Below, one piece after another: positions 58,645 through 64,000 of a stretch of DNA of 64,000 nt. How positions within the stretch are numbered: position 1 is the first letter of the stretch; each line of letters starts with the position of its first letter. Both the position numbers and the translations under genes were made by a program. This DNA comes from a virus. Lineage: Duplodnaviria; Caudoviricetes. The notes below the pieces were generated by a model, which was not told the DNA's origin, ran no database searches, and saw nothing but the letters and a program-made list of their open reading frames with translations. Where the stretch lies: IMG/VR virus record IMGVR_UViG_2912464834_000002. One strand, given 5' to 3'.

Positions 58645-59181
58645 ATGGACTTCGAATACTACGTTTTCGCCGACGCCTCGGGGAATATTACCGGCTCCGG
58701 AGCGACCCGGGATGGAACAATTCCGGAGGGCGCCATTGCCTGTACGAAGGACCAGGCGTCCGATCCGTCAGCCTATTCGGTAAGCGGCGGCAGTGTGGTG
58801 ACGCCGAGCGGCGCGCAACGGTTGAAGCAGGCGCAGGATGCGCAGCTCACCATTGTTGCTGCGTCGTACACCGACGCAATCATGCAGCCCGTATCGTTCA
58901 AAACTGCGGGCGGCATCACTGACACGTTCCAGGCGGATCCAGGCAGCCAGACGGTGCTGATGCAGACCACGCAGGGCTATTCAATCGCCGGAGGTGTGCC
59001 CGATGGTTTCTTCTGGGTGGCCGCGGACAACACCCATGTACCTTTCACTCTCGCAGATCTCGAAGGGTTGTATCAGGCGATGTTGGCCCGCGGCTGGGCA
59101 GCTTTCCAGCATAAGCAAGCCCTGAAAGATCAAATCAATGCGGCGACGACCATCGAAGCTGTTCAGGCAATCACCTGGTGA
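58645..59181 (+). CDS. DUF4376-like fibre assembly protein
   Basis: Paralog of 10559-11095. Confidence 0.75.
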   Translation: MDFEYYVFADASGNITGSGATRDGTIPEGAIACTKDQASDPSAYSVSGGSVVTPSGAQRLKQAQDAQLTIVAASYTDAIMQPVSFKTAGGITDTFQADPGSQTVLMQTTQGYSIAGGVPDGFFWVAADNTHVPFTLADLEGLYQAMLARGWAAFQHKQALKDQINAATTIEAVQAITW

Positions 59182-59188
59182 TCGATCC

Positions 59189-60724
59189 ATGAAAACACGC
59201 CTCTCCCGACTCATCGGATGCGCGCTGATCTGCGCGGCAGCGGCTTGGAATGTGGCCGTTGCCCAGTTCGTGCCCGGTCAGATATTGAGCGCGCAGCAGC
59301 TCAACACCGCTTTCTCGAGTGTATTGCCTATTTCAGGCGGTACGCTTGCTGGACCGTTGACCGTTCCGTCGTTGACCGCCGGCAGCGCCAACATTTCGGG
59401 CGGCACGATCACCGGTTTGTCCGCGCCGCTTCCTGTCGCGTCGGGAGGTACCGGCACTGCGATGGCTACCGGATCGGGCGCTGTGGTGCTGGCGAACTCG
59501 CCGGCGATCGCGAATGGCCTGAGCGTCTCGAACGGCAGTGACGTCATCACGGTGAACAATAACGCGAACAACGTTCTCGTGCTTAGCGGTACTGGTACAA
59601 GCACCGCAAAGTCCATCGCGGTGACGTCGCTCGGTGGCCTCATCGCCTCATCCACTACCAATGTGGGAGACGGTGTTGCACTCAAATCGGACTACTACAA
59701 TACGGCGGTGATTCAGGGGCTCAATTCGAGCGGCACAGCAGGCTACGACACGAACCTGACGCTGTACCGGCCGGCCAGCACGAACAATGCATTTCTCGGT
59801 GTGACAATGTCGGCGAACCCTGCCGCCGAGCAGCATCTGTGGATGGGGACCGACTACACGAACAACCGGTACGTGTTCACGCAGACGGTGACTGGGTCAG
59901 GCGCATATCTGCCTACCATGTTCCGCAACGGACAGGCTGACGCGTTCAGCATCGGCTCTGGGACGACGCCGCCGATCACGTTCTACGGCGGTGGCGTGGT
60001 GCTCGCGGGCACGGAAGGAAATCAGGTTACGTGGGCGCTTGGTGGCCAAATCTGGTCATGGAATATGGCTCCTGGCGGCAATCTTTATGTGCACGATGGT
60101 ACCAACAACAAATTCCCACTCGCGATTGTTCCCAACTCAACCGCTGCGCTCAAAATCAACGCTACGTCGTCGACGTTCACCGGTGGACTCGATTCGACTG
60201 CCATTGGCCCGAACACGCCGAGCACTGGCGCGTTCACGACGCTATCGGCGTCGAGCACAGTGAGCGGTGCGGGATTCACGAGCTACCTCGCGTCACCTCC
60301 GGCGATCGGTGGCACAGCAGCCAACGCTGGCTCCTTCACGAACCTGTCGTCGTCCGGGACCGTAAGCGGGACAGGTTTCTCGAGCTATCTGGCTTCGCCT
60401 CCGCCCATCGGCGCAACGACGGCGAATACGGGGCGCTTCTCGACGCTCTCGTCGACCGGCACCGGCGCGATGCCGATGTACAGCACGACCGGTACCGGCG
60501 TGAACGCGCCGCACATGGTTCAAGGCACCGTCGCGCTGTCGTCTGGCTCGGCTACGGTCACGCTCAGCGGATCGGCGGCGTTCTCTTCCTCCTCGACCTA
60601 TACCTGCACCGCGAACGATACGACCGCCGCGAATGCGGTGAAAGTCAGCCAGGGCTCCGGCACGTCGATCACGTTCACGGGCACCGGCACCGACTCCGTG
60701 CAGTTTCTCTGCGCGGGCAGCTGA
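59189..60724 (+). CDS. Fibre-like protein with predicted signal peptide
   Basis: MKTRLSRLIGCALICAAAAWNVAVA-Q; paralog of 11103-12641. Confidence 0.7.
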   Translation: MKTRLSRLIGCALICAAAAWNVAVAQFVPGQILSAQQLNTAFSSVLPISGGTLAGPLTVPSLTAGSANISGGTITGLSAPLPVASGGTGTAMATGSGAVVLANSPAIANGLSVSNGSDVITVNNNANNVLVLSGTGTSTAKSIAVTSLGGLIASSTTNVGDGVALKSDYYNTAVIQGLNSSGTAGYDTNLTLYRPASTNNAFLGVTMSANPAAEQHLWMGTDYTNNRYVFTQTVTGSGAYLPTMFRNGQADAFSIGSGTTPPITFYGGGVVLAGTEGNQVTWALGGQIWSWNMAPGGNLYVHDGTNNKFPLAIVPNSTAALKINATSSTFTGGLDSTAIGPNTPSTGAFTTLSASSTVSGAGFTSYLASPPAIGGTAANAGSFTNLSSSGTVSGTGFSSYLASPPPIGATTANTGRFSTLSSTGTGAMPMYSTTGTGVNAPHMVQGTVALSSGSATVTLSGSAAFSSSSTYTCTANDTTAANAVKVSQGSGTSITFTGTGTDSVQFLCAGS

Positions 60725-60748
60725 TCGAATTCGCACAAAACCATGCAT

Positions 60749-60771
60749 AGCCGCCCACTGGGTGGCTTTTT
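60749..60771 (+). terminator. Intrinsic terminator
   Basis: AGCCGCCC-ACT-GGGTGGCT followed by T4. Confidence 0.7.
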
Positions 60772-60787
60772 CATTTCCGGGGGATGA

Positions 60788-61174
60788 ATGATCGACAACG
60801 CATCGGCGCCGGCGAGGGTCGAGGAACGGCTGCGCGCGGGTGACCGCCGCTTCTCGAAGCTGGAGCAACGAATCGACGCAAGCGACGCGGCGGTGAAGGC
60901 CCACCTTCAGCGGCAGGACGAAAAGATCGATGCCATCGTGGCGTCGGTTTCCTTGATCCAGACGAACACGCAATCGATGGTCGATACGTGGGAGGGAGGC
61001 GCGCGCGCGGTACGTGCATTGTGCCGCCTTGCCGATGCGTGGCGTTTCCTTGTCCGGCACGTCGCCGGCCCGACGATCGCGTTCGGCACGGTCGGCGTGA
61101 TCGTCTTTCGCTACATGCGACACGAACCCATCCCCGACTGGGCGAACGCGGTCGTGAAATTGCTTCTGGGATGA
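60788..61174 (+). CDS. Coiled-coil plus TM protein (holin/antiholin candidate)
   Basis: Paralog of 12705-13133. Confidence 0.6.
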   Translation: MIDNASAPARVEERLRAGDRRFSKLEQRIDASDAAVKAHLQRQDEKIDAIVASVSLIQTNTQSMVDTWEGGARAVRALCRLADAWRFLVRHVAGPTIAFGTVGVIVFRYMRHEPIPDWANAVVKLLLG

Positions 61175-61743
61175 CCATGACACCACAAACCCTTTCCGCG
61201 GCGCTGCAGATGCCTCTCTCGCGCGCCACGCCGTGGGCCGACCCACTGTCGGCAGCCATGGCGCTGTATGCGATCGACTCGCCAGCGCGGCAGGCCGCGT
61301 TTCTTGCGCAGTGCGGCCATGAGACTGGCGGTTTCCAGTGGCTCCGCGAGATCTGGGGGCCGACGGCCGCGCAGCGCGCGTACGAGCCGCCGGCGGCGAA
61401 GGCGGCCGAGCTGGGCAACACGCAGGCCGGCGACGGTTTTCGGTACCGCGGCGGCGGCCTGCTGCAGATCACCGGGCGCTACAACTTCCGTGAGATGGGC
61501 CAGAAGATCGGTGTAGACCTGGAGGGCAATCCGGACCTGATCACGCAGCCGTCCACGGCGGCGCATGCCTCGGCGCAGTTCTGGGCCGACCACGCGCTCA
61601 GCGCATTTGCTGATGCTGGCGACTTCCTCGCGATCAGTCGCGCGATCAACCTCGGCAATCCGCGCTCGGCGGCAACACCGAATGGCATGCCGGACCGCCT
61701 GGCGCTCTGGGATTCCTGCAAGAAGGCGCTAGGCGTGGCCTGA
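61171..61743 (+). CDS. Endolysin, GH19
   Basis: Near-identical to 13130-13702. Confidence 0.9.
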   Translation: MTMTPQTLSAALQMPLSRATPWADPLSAAMALYAIDSPARQAAFLAQCGHETGGFQWLREIWGPTAAQRAYEPPAAKAAELGNTQAGDGFRYRGGGLLQITGRYNFREMGQKIGVDLEGNPDLITQPSTAAHASAQFWADHALSAFADAGDFLAISRAINLGNPRSAATPNGMPDRLALWDSCKKALGVA

Positions 61744-61779
61744 CGCGCCAGTTTTCGATTTTTCTAAATTTCGCAATCC

Positions 61780-61804
61780 AGCCCGGCCGCGCGCCGGGCT
61801 TTTT
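61780..61804 (+). terminator. Intrinsic terminator
   Basis: AGCCCGGC-CGCGC-GCCGGGCT followed by T4. Confidence 0.7.
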
Positions 61805-61820
61805 CATTTTCGGACCAGAC

Positions 61821-62453
61821 ATGACCCGATGCAGCCATGACGTTGCGCTCGAGCAGCGCTGCGAGAAGTGCACGGCCGAGGGCCTCGCCGGCCTGCCGAA
61901 GATCGCCGGTGAGCATGCCGTGCGCGTGACTGACGTCGAAATCGAGTACTACCCGGATCACCCGCCGCGCACCGAGTCGGCGACGTTCCGGCATACGAAG
62001 AAGGCAGGGCACGCCGCGGGCCTGCGCTGCTCGATCAGCGGCCAGCCGGCGCCCGAGTATCACCACCTGTTCTGCGAGTGGGCAGATTCGGACGCGATCG
62101 ACTGGGCCATCGTGCGCGGCGTCGCGCTGGGCGACGTCAAGGCGCTGCCCGTGCTCGATCCGACCACCGACCAGCCGACGAAGGAGCTGTACCCGGTCGA
62201 GGAATCGTTCCTGTGGCTCGTCTGCAAGCTCGTCGAACTGCGTGGTTTCGACTGGCATGCGTTCGATCCGGCGAAACCCGAAACCTTCGTCGACGCGATG
62301 TCGAACATGTTGCCGCTCTCGGCGAAGTTCCACCGATCGCCGACGCACGGCATCCATCACCGGTCGTTCCCGACCTTCGTGTTCCAGGCGTTCCCGCGCA
62401 AAGCAGGGTTCGTCTTCACCCCGGACGAGCTCGTCCAAGATCGCAAGGAGTAG
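61821..62453 (+). CDS. Hypothetical protein, HNH-like
   Basis: Paralog of 13780-14415. Confidence 0.6.
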   Translation: MTRCSHDVALEQRCEKCTAEGLAGLPKIAGEHAVRVTDVEIEYYPDHPPRTESATFRHTKKAGHAAGLRCSISGQPAPEYHHLFCEWADSDAIDWAIVRGVALGDVKALPVLDPTTDQPTKELYPVEESFLWLVCKLVELRGFDWHAFDPAKPETFVDAMSNMLPLSAKFHRSPTHGIHHRSFPTFVFQAFPRKAGFVFTPDELVQDRKE

Positions 62454-62455
62454 CC

Positions 62456-62662
62456 ATGCCCATGAAATCCAGCCTCGTCAGCGGCGGCATCACGCTTGGC
62501 GTCACCGACCTCATCCCGACCGTCGACTGGGCGCTCGGCGGCTTCCACGGCGCCGTACCGACCAGCGCATCGTCGCTCGTCGCGACCCTGATCGTCGCCG
62601 GCCTGCATGCGGCCTACAACGCGCTCGTCGCGCGCGCGGCCGCGAAGGCCGCGCAGCAGTAA
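62456..62662 (+). CDS. Small two-TM protein (holin candidate)
   Basis: 68 aa; same position as 14418 but a divergent sequence. Confidence 0.6.
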   Translation: MPMKSSLVSGGITLGVTDLIPTVDWALGGFHGAVPTSASSLVATLIVAGLHAAYNALVARAAAKAAQQ

Positions 62663-62705
62663 CCGTCCCGCCGCACGCCGCGGCACCACTCCCGAAGGAA
62701 ATCCC

Positions 62706-63170
62706 ATGAAGAAGCTCATGCCGCTCGCGGCAGGCGTCGTTGCGTCCGTCCTCATCGTCGCGGCCGGATGCACGACGGCCCAGCAACAGAAACTCGCCGA
62801 TCTGGCGGCGACCGCCAAGGTGCAGGTCGCGCAAGCCTGCGCGGTCGTGCAGCCGACGCTGCTCGACCTGAGCGCGTCGCTGCCGAATGACGAGAGCCTG
62901 AAGCAGCTCTCCGATGACAACGGCAAGTTGTGCGCGGCCGCGCAGTCGCTCGATCCGACCAGCGCGCAGACGCTCGTGAACACGCTGATCCCGCAGGCGA
63001 TCGGCCTCGTTGGCATGCTGCCGATCGATCCGGCCGCGCAGACGTCGATTCGACTCGCGCTCGGCGCCGCGTCGATCGCTCTGTCGAACTGGCTGGTGGT
63101 CTACGGCACGCCGGCGGCGACTGCGCCGGCCGCCGCGTCGACTCCGCTCGCGGGCGCGCCGCTGCAATGA
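62706..63170 (+). CDS. Lipoprotein in lysis cassette
   Basis: MKKLMPLAAGVVASVLIVAAG-C; hydrophobic C-terminal helices. Confidence 0.75.
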   Translation: MKKLMPLAAGVVASVLIVAAGCTTAQQQKLADLAATAKVQVAQACAVVQPTLLDLSASLPNDESLKQLSDDNGKLCAAAQSLDPTSAQTLVNTLIPQAIGLVGMLPIDPAAQTSIRLALGAASIALSNWLVVYGTPAATAPAAASTPLAGAPLQ

Positions 63171-63787
63171 CCCCGCACGACTACGCGCTGCTCGCGCAGG
63201 AGGCTTATTACGCGAAGCCGGACATCGGCAAAGCGGACAGCGCCTCGCGCGCGATCGTGCGGCAGACGGCCGCCGGCCTGGTCGTCGCCTTTCCGGGAAC
63301 CGACAACCTCGACTGCGTCGCGGCGGATCTCGACGCCCATCCGATCGACGTCATCGGCATCGGCCAAGTGCATCACGGGTTCTGGAAGGCATGGGGCGCG
63401 ATCGCAGTTGACGTGCTCGCAGCGATCGACGGCCGACCGGTGACGCTCGTCGGACATTCGCTCGGCGCCGCGATCGCGATCATGGCTGCGGCCGCGATGG
63501 TGGTTGGCGGCAACCCGCCGGGGGCCGTCTACGGCTTCGAGCCGCCGAGGGTGAGCACGAACGGAAGCGTTGCGTCGCTGCTCGCGAGGGTGCCGATGAA
63601 CCTGTACAAGAACGGCAACGACATTGTGCCGGACCTTCCGCCAGGCTGGTGTCACGCTGGCGCCGTCCAGCAAATCGGGCGTCCGGCTCTGCCATTCGCG
63701 AACGTTACGGACCATGCGATCTCCCGAGTGATCGAGGCGCTTTCAGTCCTCGGCGTGCCTGGCTTCGTCCTGCAGAATCAGGCGTAG
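63167..63787 (+). CDS. Class 3 lipase-like hydrolase
   Basis: GHSLG; paralog of 15640-16239. Confidence 0.85.
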   Translation: MTPHDYALLAQEAYYAKPDIGKADSASRAIVRQTAAGLVVAFPGTDNLDCVAADLDAHPIDVIGIGQVHHGFWKAWGAIAVDVLAAIDGRPVTLVGHSLGAAIAIMAAAAMVVGGNPPGAVYGFEPPRVSTNGSVASLLARVPMNLYKNGNDIVPDLPPGWCHAGAVQQIGRPALPFANVTDHAISRVIEALSVLGVPGFVLQNQA

Positions 63788-64000
63788 CTTATGGAGCGCC
63801 ACGAGGTGGCCGCCGACGTCTTCCGACCAGACTTTCTGAACCGTTTGGCGCAGGTCCTCCGCATCTTGGAACTGGTGGCGGCACCGGGCAATTTCGAGGA
63901 TCAGGCGCCGCACCTCATGGCCATCCGGGTAGCGACGCCACATCTCGCGCAGCTCGCGATTGGTCGGCGACTGGAAGGACGGAAGGGGCTGGCGAAGCAT
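63743..64000 (-). CDS. Hypothetical protein (start at or beyond the window edge)
   Basis: ELREMW.....VRRLILEI.R helical protein. Confidence 0.55.
   Translation of the reverse strand: MLRQPLPSFQSPTNRELREMWRRYPDGHEVRRLILEIARCRHQFQDAEDLRQTVQKVWSEDVGGHLVALHKLRLILQDEARHAED

Noticed and set aside
57326-60724. Tail fibres or fibre-like genes as DGR targets (also 9632-12641)
   Set aside because: No TR-like sequence seen in them on either strand by eye; a BLASTn of the TR would confirm.

Overview
High-GC DNA resembling Burkholderia/Betaproteobacteria (inferred from gene content). It holds two back-to-back prophages around a short host core of dusA and tRNA-His. Prophage A (1 to about 18140, left part outside the window) has a Mu-like contractile tail, fibre, lysis cassette and a dusA-associated integrase. 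Prophage B (about 19255 to beyond 64000) is inserted at tRNA-His. It has an integrase, a leftward early operon, a lambda-like immunity switch, replication genes, a DUF1073/DUF2213/DUF2184 head, a DUF3383 contractile tail and a lysis cassette. The main finding is a complete diversity-generating retroelement (RT, Avd, 91-nt TR) in prophage B's early operon. It has three variable repeats that differ from the TR only at adenines (11, 14 and 13 changes, counted by hand). All three targets are small signal-less DUF1566/C-type-lectin-like proteins rather than tail fibres, and one lies 7 kb away as the first gene of the PL operon. Other points: a repressor lacking a protease domain beside a LexA-boxed gene; a roughly 6-kb fibre-tip-to-lipase module shared by the two otherwise unrelated prophages; and a fibre-like protein with a signal peptide. 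Family names come from motif recognition and synteny, not database searches.
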